DNA from: Aulosira sp. ZfuVER01
GTDB taxonomy: Bacteria > Cyanobacteriota > Cyanobacteriia > Cyanobacteriales > Nostocaceae
Assembly (NCBI GenBank): GCA_034530615.2
Contig: JAVRCV020000065.1
Span: 1-64,000, forward strand
Direction: 5' to 3'
DNA length: 64,000 bases
Position numbers and translations under genes: made by a program
The notes under the pieces: model-generated
Told to the model about the DNA's origin: nothing
Databases searched by the model: none
The model's input: only the letters and a program-made list of their open reading frames with translations
In this document: piece after piece, positions 53,691 through 63,759 of the stretch
Layout: every line of letters begins with the position of its first letter
Position numbering within the stretch: the first letter of the stretch is position 1

Positions 53691-54035
53691 TTAATTGTTT
53701 TCTTTTGCTGCCAGGTTCCACGTTATTTTCACCTTAAGTGATGCTTGACCACTAGACTCCACTACATAAACTGAGCCTTTGGTAGTAAAATTCACCCCAA
53801 ACTCAACTTCTCCGCTTACGGGTTGTGATTCTTTCTGTAATATTTGAAATGCCTTTGTAATTGGGCGACACCCGCGAACAATTAAATCTTTAACCGCATC
53901 GAAGCTACCCTCTACTTTTTCCATCGGCAACTCACCAGGAGCAGCTACATGGCCTACAGATTCTTCTGGTATCTCTACTGCTACTAAAATTGTGCCGCCA
54001 TCTTCTGTATTGAGTTCTAAAAGTTTACGAGCCAT
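53691..54035 (-). CDS. Trypco1 (CU044_2847-like) small protein
   Basis: EDGGTILVAV, P..GEVEFGVNF...G..YVVESSGQASLKVKITW pattern; 9 nt upstream of the trypsin gene. Confidence 0.85.
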   Translation of the reverse strand: MARKLLELNTEDGGTILVAVEIPEESVGHVAAPGELPMEKVEGSFDAVKDLIVRGCRPITKAFQILQKESQPVSGEVEFGVNFTTKGSVYVVESSGQASLKVKITWNLAAKENN

Positions 54036-54194
54036 GATTCAATTAGCTAGTGATTATTTGTAAAAATTTCCCAACTTGTTTATTTAAATAATTTTTCTTC
54101 TTAGGGCAGTCTCCTTCAGTCGCAACCCAAAGGAAATAATACCAATTAAAGTAGCTCTAAGAACATTTACTTTTACCGTATACTAGGTCGCTAC

Positions 54195-55340
54195 ATGAAT
54201 TCGCAAACTTCTCGCTCTGACAAAATTTTGGTTGTAGATGATTCTCCAGATAACGTGTTTTTAATCAAAACAATTTTGGAGGAAGAAGGCTACACAATAA
54301 GCACGGCAGAAAATGGTGTTTCGGCTTTAGCACAACTAGAAGCATCTCCTTGTGACTTGGTGTTGCTGGATCTGATGATGCCAGGAATGGATGGTTACGA
54401 AGTTACTAAGCGTATCCGTGATAATGCTTCGATGCAGCAATATATCCCAATACTGCTGATTACTGCTCACGATGCGCCGAATGTTGCGAAAGGATTAGAT
54501 TTAGGCGCTGATGATTTTATCCGCAAGCCGGTAACGGTAGATGAATTGCTGGCGCGAGTGCGATCGCTCTTAAGGTTAAAACACAGTATTGATGAACGTG
54601 ATGAAATTGCTCGTCAGCGTGAAGATTTCGTCTCCCGCCTCACCCATGACTTACGCACTCCCCTAGTAGCCGCAGATCGCGTACTGATGCTGTTTCAGCA
54701 AGGTGCTTTGGGAGCGTTGTCTCCGCAAATACAGGAGGTGATTGCGATCATGGCACGTAGCAATACTAACCTGCTGGCGATGGTCAATACCTTATTGGAA
54801 GTCTACCGCTTTGAAGCTGGGCGCAAAACCTTGGCGTTTCAACCAGTGAATCTCCGCCAACTACTAGATGAAGTGGTAGGAGAATTGATGCCTTTAGCTG
54901 AAGCAAAATCACTGTCAATGAATTTGGTAGTTGCAGATGAAACAACCATTAGTAACACAATGGGCGATCGCTTAGAATTACATCGCTTATTTACTAACCT
55001 TATCGGTAATGCGATCAAATTTACTGACTCTGGCTCAGTAAATATCCGCCTTGCTTCTGCACTTGCAAGTGGCAAAAGTCATGAATCTCCTACTTCGGAA
55101 AATTCCACTTTCAGTGACTACATTATCATTGAAGTAGAAGACACAGGACCAGGTATTTCCATTGCAGAACAAGCCACTTTATTTCAACGATTTCGCCAAG
55201 GAAGTCACAAGAGTTCCGGTAGTGGACTAGGACTGTATCTTTCCCGTCGAATTGTTGAAGCTCATGAAGGTACAATTCGAGTAAAATCTGAGTTTGGTAA
55301 AGGTAGTGTGTTCATTGTTATGCTACCTGTTAAATCGTAA
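54195..55340 (+). CDS. Hybrid receiver-histidine kinase
   Basis: ILVVDD, LLDLMMPGMDG, THDLRTP, NAIKFT, DTGPG and GLGL. Confidence 0.95.
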   Translation: MNSQTSRSDKILVVDDSPDNVFLIKTILEEEGYTISTAENGVSALAQLEASPCDLVLLDLMMPGMDGYEVTKRIRDNASMQQYIPILLITAHDAPNVAKGLDLGADDFIRKPVTVDELLARVRSLLRLKHSIDERDEIARQREDFVSRLTHDLRTPLVAADRVLMLFQQGALGALSPQIQEVIAIMARSNTNLLAMVNTLLEVYRFEAGRKTLAFQPVNLRQLLDEVVGELMPLAEAKSLSMNLVVADETTISNTMGDRLELHRLFTNLIGNAIKFTDSGSVNIRLASALASGKSHESPTSENSTFSDYIIIEVEDTGPGISIAEQATLFQRFRQGSHKSSGSGLGLYLSRRIVEAHEGTIRVKSEFGKGSVFIVMLPVKS

Positions 55341-55475
55341 TAAAATGATGATTTATGCTGCTTAAATTGATGACAATTTAGCTCTAATTGGAATTCAACT
55401 TTGTCTCAAGTTAAAAGTTAGAATCAGGAATTTTATCAACAAATTATTGTTATAAAATAGGCTTTTCACAAAAAT

Positions 55476-56858
55476 ATGATTACTGATTTATCAATTTCTG
55501 CTGCTGATATTATTCGCAAACAACGTGATTTTTTTCAGACTTGTAAGACGAAAGACGTTAATTTTCGGATTGCGCAACTGAAAAAGCTTAAGCAGGCAAT
55601 TCTGGATAATGAACAAGCAATTGTTCAAGCTTTAAAAGCAGATTTACATAAACCAGAATTTGAAACTTATGCTACAGAAATATTCGTCATCAAGGAAATT
55701 GATTACGCTATCAAAAATATCAAAACTTGGACAAAACCAAAAAAAGCTCCAGTTACCATTGACTTTTTTCAATACTCAGCCAAAATTTATCCAGAACCCT
55801 TAGGTGTTGTTTTAATTATTGGGGCTTGGAACTATCCATTTAACTTAGTTATCTCACCATTAATCGGTGCGATCGCCGCAGGAAATTGTACCATTCTCAA
55901 ACCTTCAGAACTTGCTCCTCATACCTCTAGGTTGCTAGCTGAGATAATTGCTAAATATTTTGAGCCAGCATATATTGCTCTGGTAGAAGGTGGTGTAGAA
56001 ACTAGCCAAAAGCTACTCGCAGAAAAGTTTGACTATATCTTTTTTACTGGTGGTACAAGTGTCGGGAAAATTGTTATGGAAGCGGCGGCAAAACACCTCA
56101 CCCCAGTTACATTAGAATTGGGTGGTAAAAGTCCTTGTATTGTAGACAGCGAAATTAATTTAGAACATACTGTCAGGCGAATTACCTGGGGCAAGTTTAT
56201 TAATGCAGGACAAACTTGTATTGCTCCTGACTATATTTTAGTTGATAAGAAAATCAAAACAAATTTAGTAGATGGACTTAAGAAATGTATTAAAGAATTT
56301 TATGGCGATCGCCCTGCTAGTAGTCCTGATTATGCCAGAATTATCTCTCAAAAACATTTTGATAGATTAGCCAACCTCCTCAACAACGGTGAAGTAATCA
56401 TTGGTGGCGAAACTAACCCTCAAGAGCGTTATATTGCTCCTACCGTTATTGATAACGTCTCCTTAGATGCTCCAATCATGCAAGAGGAAATTTTTGGGCC
56501 GATTCTGCCAATCATTGAATATTCTGACATCACAGAAGCGATCGCCTTAATTAACTCTCGACCAAAACCCCTAGCTTTATACTTATTTACTCAAAATAAA
56601 AACCTGCAAACGCAAGTTTTGCAGGAAACTTCATCTGGTGGAGTTTGTATCAACGACACAGTGATGCATTGTGGTGTGCTATCTTTACCATTTGGCGGTG
56701 TCGGTGATAGTGGTATTGGTAGCTATCACGGAAAAGCCAGTTTTGATACCTTTTCTCACAGCAAAAGTGTGTTACAAAACTCCTTTTTATTCGACTTAAA
56801 ATGGCGTTACGCTCCCTATCAAGGGAAATTAGCTTTTCTCAGACGACTTATTGGTTAA
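55476..56858 (+). CDS. Aldehyde dehydrogenase (family 3)
   Basis: WNYP, FTGG, LELGGKSP, NAGQTCIAPD and EEIFGP. Confidence 0.96.
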   Translation: MITDLSISAADIIRKQRDFFQTCKTKDVNFRIAQLKKLKQAILDNEQAIVQALKADLHKPEFETYATEIFVIKEIDYAIKNIKTWTKPKKAPVTIDFFQYSAKIYPEPLGVVLIIGAWNYPFNLVISPLIGAIAAGNCTILKPSELAPHTSRLLAEIIAKYFEPAYIALVEGGVETSQKLLAEKFDYIFFTGGTSVGKIVMEAAAKHLTPVTLELGGKSPCIVDSEINLEHTVRRITWGKFINAGQTCIAPDYILVDKKIKTNLVDGLKKCIKEFYGDRPASSPDYARIISQKHFDRLANLLNNGEVIIGGETNPQERYIAPTVIDNVSLDAPIMQEEIFGPILPIIEYSDITEAIALINSRPKPLALYLFTQNKNLQTQVLQETSSGGVCINDTVMHCGVLSLPFGGVGDSGIGSYHGKASFDTFSHSKSVLQNSFLFDLKWRYAPYQGKLAFLRRLIG

Positions 56859-56973
56859 TAGCCAGTGTCTTTACAGGCTTTGTATCTATAGCCCTAGGCT
56901 TATAACCTAAGAGCCATAAGCTTAAACCTGTTTATTAATTACGAATTACGAATTACGAATTAATAATTAATTG

Positions 56974-57567
56974 TCAGTAGCTATAACGTTCTTCCGCCCA
57001 AGGTTCACCACGGCGATGGTAGCCATTACGCTCCCAAAAACCAAGTTCTTCACGCTTGAGAAACTCTAAACCATTAATCCATTTGGCACTTTTCCAAGCA
57101 TAGAGATGGGGAACCACTAGCCGCATCGGTCCACCATGTTCTGCTGGTAAAGGCTCACCAAATAGTTGAAAGGCAAAGAAGTTTTCTTCGCGCAGAAAGT
57201 CTTCCATTGAGATATTGGTAGTGTAGCCACCATAGCAGTGTTCCATAATATGAACTGCTTCTGGATCTACTTCAATCAAACTCATGAAGTCTGCTACTTT
57301 TATCCCAGTCCACTTAACATCAAGCTTAGACCAGCGCGTTACACAGTGAAAATCTGCTGTGAATTCAGATTGAGGTAATGCCATAAAATCTGACCACGTA
57401 AAAGTAGCAGGTTTTGCTGAACCCCAAACCCGAAATTCCCATTCTTCTGTGCTAATTTGCGGAGTTGCACCATAAGTTAAGACTGGGAAGCCTTTAGCTA
57501 GGTGTTGTCCGGGAGGGACGCGCTCGCTTTCTTCCTTCTCTGGTTTCTGAAAAAATTTTCCTAACAT
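56974..57567 (-). CDS. Sulfite-oxidase-like molybdopterin oxidoreductase
   Basis: RVPPGQ, DFHCVTRWS, EHGGPMRL, WKSAKW and GFWERNGYH. Confidence 0.93.
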   Translation of the reverse strand: MLGKFFQKPEKEESERVPPGQHLAKGFPVLTYGATPQISTEEWEFRVWGSAKPATFTWSDFMALPQSEFTADFHCVTRWSKLDVKWTGIKVADFMSLIEVDPEAVHIMEHCYGGYTTNISMEDFLREENFFAFQLFGEPLPAEHGGPMRLVVPHLYAWKSAKWINGLEFLKREELGFWERNGYHRRGEPWAEERYSY

Positions 57568-57838
57568 ACTTGTAGAAAAATTAGTTTTTTCAAGTAATTT
57601 GTTCTCTTGAGATGATTATCTGAGGATTTGAGCATCTGCGCTACCCTGACAAGGACACATAATCCCAATTGCGCCGAATACTAAACATCAAAAAATTACC
57701 ACAGATACTTTACTGTTTATAAATTATTGGAGCATCGGTCACGGGTAATAGTTATTTGGGTGTTCCCAATTACCTATTGCCAATTTTTTATCAACCAGAT
57801 GAGCTTTTGTAGACTACTGATTAGTCATAATGCCATCA

Positions 57839-57886
57839 GAAAAGCAACGATAAAGCGCTTACATAAAAGCGCTGTTCGTGCTTTTC
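57839..57886 (-). terminator. Hairpin downstream of rpmF
   Basis: gaaaagca..agcgctt/aagcgct..tgcttttc. Confidence 0.55.
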
Positions 57887-57898
57887 ATGACTAGGGAA

Positions 57899-58075
57899 TT
57901 ATGATTCTTCTGCTTCCTCTTCTTCAGCAGTTGGGTAGACAAATGTAGAGCGTCCAGTCAAAATCGACTTGCCTAGGGAAAGAGCTTTTTGAGCTTCAAC
58001 AGCAGCTTTATGTCTCCAGGTGGCTCGGCGTTTATCTCTTTTAGACTTAGATGTTTTCTTCTTAGGAACAGCCAT
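57899..58075 (-). CDS. rpmF: 50S ribosomal protein L32
   Basis: [21 protein letters not shown] at 58075. Confidence 0.97.
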   Translation of the reverse strand: MAVPKKKTSKSKRDKRRATWRHKAAVEAQKALSLGKSILTGRSTFVYPTAEEEEAEES

Positions 58076-58264
58076 GATAGCGGATATCGCAATTCTTGAC
58101 AACCTTTTTATTCTAAGCCATCTATTGACACTGGCAACAAGAACTCAGTTAGGAATTGAGACAAGGAGATAACAAGAAATTGTGAACCAAGAAGATGCAA
58201 ACAAGGGTAGACTCTGAGAATTCTTATTCCCTGTGCCTGCGTCTTCCTGCATCTTCTTCAATGG

Positions 58265-58858
58265 CTATTTGCTAGTGTCTGGTTGCGGTGGGGGCGGTAC
58301 GGTATTTTGTCCGGGATTGGGAGATACAGAATTTTGTGGTGGATTGGGAGGTACAGAATTCTCTGCTGGACTGGGAGGTACAGGATTTTGTCCGGGATTA
58401 GGTGTTGCAAGATTTTGTTCAAAAAACAGTAACGCTCGCGCTGTTTTAAAGTAAGTTGCCCAACGCTGAGGATCGGGACGAGTCCGCCATTGCGGGCGAG
58501 TAACGTCTAAAGCCAAAACTGGTGCGATCGCTCCCAGGCTTTGTACGGATACAATTACTGAAACATCTGTCACCAAAATATCTTGATCGAAGCTCCGTTG
58601 AGCAGCTGCTCTGGCTGCCGCTTCTGCCCTTCTGAGTAAGGTTTCGTAATTTTCCTCCGGTAGGCGGTCAATAGCCAGGTCAACTCTAGCGGTGTAAGCT
58701 CTTACAATCTGGGGAGCGATCGCTTCACACGCAAACCACACAGGAACAGCAGAAAAAAGCAAAACTGCTATCGGAACTATCCGGATTTTTCTGGCAAATT
58801 GGCTAATAACTGAAAAGGGAATGATCGATGATGGTTGATGAGCAACTCTTCTACTCAT
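58265..58858 (-). CDS. Hypothetical exported protein with Pro-rich repeat tail
   Basis: Signal-like helix, LLRRAEAAARAAAQRSFD, and four 9-aa repeats (NPGQNPVPP type). Confidence 0.8.
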   Translation of the reverse strand: MSRRVAHQPSSIIPFSVISQFARKIRIVPIAVLLFSAVPVWFACEAIAPQIVRAYTARVDLAIDRLPEENYETLLRRAEAAARAAAQRSFDQDILVTDVSVIVSVQSLGAIAPVLALDVTRPQWRTRPDPQRWATYFKTARALLFFEQNLATPNPGQNPVPPSPAENSVPPNPPQNSVSPNPGQNTVPPPPQPDTSK

Positions 58859-59055
58859 GACCTTGTAGCTCCTTACTGAACAATCTTTAATTTAAATTGC
58901 GTGAAAGTATTTTCCGACTAAACTATGTAATAAAAATTACATACTATCTTCAGTCAGATGGGAATCTCCTAGACTATAAGACATAGGTTAACTTTGTTTT
59001 TTCAGCAAAGCCAACCACAATTTTAGGCAAGCAAATAATAAGCGACAAAGAGGGG

Positions 59056-61035
59056 ATGGCAAATCACTGGGCAATTACTATTGGCATCAATCAATATCAT
59101 TTATTTCAACCTTTAAGTTGCGCTCAAGCCGATGCCGAGGCGCTCCAAGACTTTTTGGCTACAGAGGCAGGTTTTATACCCCAACACTGTCTGCTGATGA
59201 CAGACACTTCGCCGCCGCTTAGAGACAAATCCACCTATCCTACAAGGGAAAATATCCTGCTGTTATTAGAGGATTTGGCAGCTTCATATTGGCAACCGCA
59301 TGACCATGTATGGTTGTTCTTTAGCGGTTATGGCATCAACTACAAAGGACAAGATTATTTAATGCCAGTGGAGGGAAACCCCGATCTCGTGCAGGAGACT
59401 GGCATAGAACTGCGATCGCTAATGCAGAGTCTGCAACTGACTGGGCTGAATGTATTCCTACTGCTGGATATCAACCGGGCTTTCGGTACTCAAGCAGATG
59501 CCCCCGTTGGACAAGAAACGCTGGAACTTGCTCAAGAACTACAACTAGCAACAATTCTTTCTTGCCAACCAGAGCAATTCTCCCACGAAAGCCGCGAACT
59601 AGGCCACGGATTCTTTACAGCAGCGTTGTTAGAAGCTTTGCGTTCTGGTCGTGGCAGTAACTTGGTAGATTTAGAACGCTACCTGAGCAATCTCACCCCA
59701 CAATTGTGTCAACATCATTGGCGACCGACACAAAACCCGATCGCGGTTATTCCATCTCAGCAGCAGAATATCTTGCCGCCATTGAGAACCAACAGTATAC
59801 CAACTAAAAGCGAAGTAGAATCCGTTATTTTTCCCGAAGAATCTTTTGCGGTTGCACGTGCAGCACCTTCCCTAGCCGCAAATTCCGCCAAAACTTCACA
59901 TAATTTGCCAAGAACGGCGACACCTAGAGAATTCCAAGGAGTAGAAACTACTGTTAGCCCCAAAGCCAAGCGTACAGCAGTCAGCGAGAAATTGGAGCGC
60001 CAACCAGCCCAAGGCTTAACTGGTAATGTAGTCTCTCAGGCGCTTCTTAACCCAGATCGGCATTTCAAACAGCAACCCCAGATGCTCCCACCTCCTCAAG
60101 AGGTGAATGCTGGGGAACGATCTATTCCTGATTCTTCACCACCTTTCATTTCCCAAGCACCTGTAACTCAGACAAAGACTCCATTGTGGAAACAGTTTTT
60201 ATGGTGGATGGGAGGCAGCTTATTAATATTAGGTTTAGTCGCAGTAGTCTTTCTTCGCAATCAGACACAATTTAGATCTGCTGAAGTATCTAAAACATCA
60301 CCTAATACTGCTACTAATGAGACAAAAGACCTCAAGAATTTACCAAATGCTCGCTCTGTCTCCAACTCCTCTGTACCAACTCAACCCAGCAAACCATCAA
60401 ACTCGCCACCACCCGTCAATTCCCAATCACAAAAGCGGAATAAAGCAGTTTTAGATCTGGCGAAAATGTCCCTGAGGGAAACTCAGGCTAGCGATCTCAG
60501 CTTGGCGATCGCCACGGCTCGCAAAATTCAAGCAGGTGAGCCGCTTTACGAACAAGCGCAAGAGGATATAAAAATCTGGAGTCGGATGATTTTAGATTTG
60601 GCAGAAGGTCGTGCCCAGCAAAGACAGTATGCCAGTGCAGTGGCGGCGGCGCAATTAATTACCAAAGACGAACCACTTTATCCCAAAGCACAAGCTCTGA
60701 TTAACCAATGGCGATTAGAAGCCAAGCAGTATGTTACTAACAAAACTCTTTTAGATGCGGCTAATGCTTTAATTAAGCCAGGACAGGCATCTACATATAA
60801 TCGTGCGATCGAAGTTGCCAAGAAAGTTCCACCAGGTCAACCAGGCTTCGATACAGCACAAAAATCAATTAATAAATGGAGTGACAAAATTTTGGATATA
60901 GCGAAAAATCGCGCTGTCCAAGGGGAACTCAATACAGCAATTGAAACTGCGGCTTTAGTGCCAGAGATGACATCTGCTTATGAAGATGCGCAAGAAGCCA
61001 TCCAAAAATGGCAGGTAAGGCGGATTAAAAATTAG
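59056..61035 (+). CDS. Membrane-anchored pseudo-orthocaspase (peptidase C14 fold)
   Basis: AITIGINQY, AQADA, FFSGYG (His to Tyr), LLDINR (Cys lost) and GHGFFTAALL; one TM, then helical repeats. Confidence 0.9.
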   Translation: MANHWAITIGINQYHLFQPLSCAQADAEALQDFLATEAGFIPQHCLLMTDTSPPLRDKSTYPTRENILLLLEDLAASYWQPHDHVWLFFSGYGINYKGQDYLMPVEGNPDLVQETGIELRSLMQSLQLTGLNVFLLLDINRAFGTQADAPVGQETLELAQELQLATILSCQPEQFSHESRELGHGFFTAALLEALRSGRGSNLVDLERYLSNLTPQLCQHHWRPTQNPIAVIPSQQQNILPPLRTNSIPTKSEVESVIFPEESFAVARAAPSLAANSAKTSHNLPRTATPREFQGVETTVSPKAKRTAVSEKLERQPAQGLTGNVVSQALLNPDRHFKQQPQMLPPPQEVNAGERSIPDSSPPFISQAPVTQTKTPLWKQFLWWMGGSLLILGLVAVVFLRNQTQFRSAEVSKTSPNTATNETKDLKNLPNARSVSNSSVPTQPSKPSNSPPPVNSQSQKRNKAVLDLAKMSLRETQASDLSLAIATARKIQAGEPLYEQAQEDIKIWSRMILDLAEGRAQQRQYASAVAAAQLITKDEPLYPKAQALINQWRLEAKQYVTNKTLLDAANALIKPGQASTYNRAIEVAKKVPPGQPGFDTAQKSINKWSDKILDIAKNRAVQGELNTAIETAALVPEMTSAYEDAQEAIQKWQVRRIKN

Positions 61036-61148
61036 TCCAAAGCCCAGAGTCCAGAATCAATGGCAATTTGCTTGAAATTCTGGACTCTTGATTTAATGAC
61101 TCAAAATTGAGAAATAATAACTCGGAACTTGCAACTTAGCACTCTGTA

Positions 61149-61526
61149 TTAACAGTACTGGGAAACATCCTCTCCACATTCATCAGCTAGATAGCATAAC
61201 GCCCGGAAACGTAAGCCCACTACTTCTTCATATAAAGGATTAAGCTTACACATTGGCGGAATGTGGAATAAAGTCTTGCCAAATAATTTGACATCACGCT
61301 CAAAAGGACACTGAGAAGGAATTAGTTTACACAAGCGGTGAGCTAATTCGCGATCGCGGACTTGAATACTGTCTACTTTTTGTCGTAGGGGTTGGAGAAT
61401 ATCACAGTAAGACTTAGCAACAGAACGTGGCAGCTGGGTTAGGTGGGTGTTAGTAGCTTCTGCTTGATTGATTGATACCCAGCTTGCCAGAAAAATTCTT
61501 TTTGTGGTATTATCGGATACCTTCAT
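61149..61526 (-). CDS. Mo-nitro_C domain protein of unknown function
   Basis: LCKLIPSQCPFERD, HIPPMCKLNPLY and RFRALCYLA. Confidence 0.9.
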   Translation of the reverse strand: MKVSDNTTKRIFLASWVSINQAEATNTHLTQLPRSVAKSYCDILQPLRQKVDSIQVRDRELAHRLCKLIPSQCPFERDVKLFGKTLFHIPPMCKLNPLYEEVVGLRFRALCYLADECGEDVSQYC

Positions 61527-62276
61527 GGTTACTCCTCTATTTTCTTGAGGGTATTCACCTTAACGATGAACATATACATAGTGGCTACGACCGTTCCCGG
61601 AAAAATCTTGTTCTGACTTGATGCAATCTGATGTTATCCGTAGCCGATTTTGTCAGAACTCATTTATAACTACGTCAAGTTAAACGCAATTTCCCTGTAA
61701 TTGGGAGTGTAGTCTTCCGATCTTGTTCATAACTTGACATAGTTAAAATTTTAGTGAAGACATCTACCTTTGGGTGGGTTTTTTGGTAATTGTTACAAAA
61801 CTTAATTATATAACTGAGTACTATTACTAACCGTTACATCCTATACAGATGGGACCGCTTATGCCTGATACTATTGCGCTTTCATCTGGCACCCATTGAA
61901 CGGACTCAGGGATACGGACAATAATGTATAGCAAGATTTTTAGATACCTGGTATGAGATAGACAGCAGGTATCTATCATATCTAGCAGTCCCTCTCAATA
62001 AAAAAGTAAGAAGTTTCTTTAATTATTCCTTGTTGTCTGACTTGTCCCTTGAAAGAATTTGTTCCTCAGTCCCTCTTAGCCTTCTCACAGGTATAGGTTT
62101 TTGATAAACAGGTGAGTTAGGATTTTCGTTTGAAAGCAAGAATCAGCTTTCTCTTCCTTGTTCTGTTTCCAGCGTTGTTGTAAAAACCTACACTTTTCAG
62201 ATATTCCCCTCCACCTCTGACTTGTAGCTGTAATGGAAATAATGGGTATAAGGAATTACTACTCAATCACTAGGTA

Positions 62277-63479
62277 ATGCGAGTGAATGTCGTTCAATTT
62301 GCAATCTATGGCGTATTAGGGCTGAGTTACCTGGGGTTGGCATTGGGCTATATTCCTGGTTTACGCATGAACCGTGCCACCATTGCCCTAGTGGGATCTG
62401 CCTTTTTAATTGCTTTGGGCGCTGTAAATTTACAGGAGGCTTGGCAGGCAATTGATGCCAACACCATCATATTTTTACTGAGCATGATGGTAGTTAATGC
62501 TAACCTATCCTATGCAGGGTTTTTTGTGCGATCGCTAGCAATACTTTTGAGTCTTACCCGCAGTCCGCTAGGTTTGTTAATTGCTTTAACCTTTAGTAGT
62601 GGTATCCTCTCTGCCGTATTTCTCAACGACACCGTAGCGCTAATTTTTACACCGCTGACATTGAGCCTAACTCAAGCATTGCGTTTAAAGCCCATACCTT
62701 ATTTACTAGCGATCGCAGGTGCAACTAATATTGGTTCTGTTTGCACTCTCAGCGGTAATCCCCAAAATATATTAATTGGTTCTTTCTCAAGCATTCCCTA
62801 CCTAGATTTTCTGCACGCACTCGCCCCAGTAGCCTTGATTGGTTTAGTAATTCAGATAGGATTGCTTTGGTTACTTTATCCAGATGTACGTTCCATCCAA
62901 CCTTGTCAGCCATTAGCAGGTGGAAAACATCGCATTTTCAAACCTTTATTTCATAAAACATTAGTCATCACCATAGGATTACTTATCGCCTTTGCTGTTG
63001 GCTTACCTCTAGCGGAGTCTGCTTTAATGGCTGCTAGTTTGTTGTTGATTACGCGGCGACTGAAACCAGAGCGCATTCTCCAAAGAATAGATTGGAATCT
63101 GCTAGTAATGTTTTCGGGATTATTTATTCTGACTAAAGTCACAGAAAAATTAAATTTATTGCAGCTATTTACTCATGCAGTCAACACTTCTGCAAGTTTT
63201 TTGAGCGTAACTGTTGTCTTATCTAATTTAATTTCAAATGTTCCGGCTGTACTTTTATTGCACCCTCTAATTCCCAAGGATGATACACAATATTGGCTAT
63301 TACTAGCAGCCGGATCTACATTGGCAGGTAATCTAACTTTGTTTGGTTCAGTTGCTAACTTAATAGTCGTAGAAGCCACTGCAAATTTAGGCTATAAGCT
63401 CACTTTCTGGGAGCATCTACGCTTTGGAGTACCACTAACATTGTGTACTTTAATTTTAACTTATCTGTGGATTCACTAG
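62277..63479 (+). CDS. ArsB/NhaD-superfamily anion transporter
   Basis: LSAVFLNDT, TNIGSVCTLSGNPQN, SNLISNVPAV and LAGNLTLFGSVANLIV. Confidence 0.92.
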   Translation: MRVNVVQFAIYGVLGLSYLGLALGYIPGLRMNRATIALVGSAFLIALGAVNLQEAWQAIDANTIIFLLSMMVVNANLSYAGFFVRSLAILLSLTRSPLGLLIALTFSSGILSAVFLNDTVALIFTPLTLSLTQALRLKPIPYLLAIAGATNIGSVCTLSGNPQNILIGSFSSIPYLDFLHALAPVALIGLVIQIGLLWLLYPDVRSIQPCQPLAGGKHRIFKPLFHKTLVITIGLLIAFAVGLPLAESALMAASLLLITRRLKPERILQRIDWNLLVMFSGLFILTKVTEKLNLLQLFTHAVNTSASFLSVTVVLSNLISNVPAVLLLHPLIPKDDTQYWLLLAAGSTLAGNLTLFGSVANLIVVEATANLGYKLTFWEHLRFGVPLTLCTLILTYLWIH

Positions 63480-63759
63480 GCAATAGAAAATTATTCAACT
63501 ATTAAGAAGTGTCAGAACACAGGCTTAATATGCCTCATATCATAATCATATTAGACAGCTACTTTACGTCTACAAGATATCTAAGTTAATCTAGTGAGGA
63601 TTGCGCTATGTATCACATAATCTCAGTGTATATAAATTACTCTGCTTTAGAGCCTTTTAGCTGTATGTAATAGATTCAGCCGAAATTCAACGTATCTTAC
63701 TGGGATTGTAGCTCTACATAGTAGAGAGACAAGTTACTCATTTGTAGAGGCTATAAAAT

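Noticed and set aside
61149..61526. Nitrogenase gene
   Set aside because: Only the small Mo-nitro_C domain is present, with no nif genes or nitrogenase motifs.
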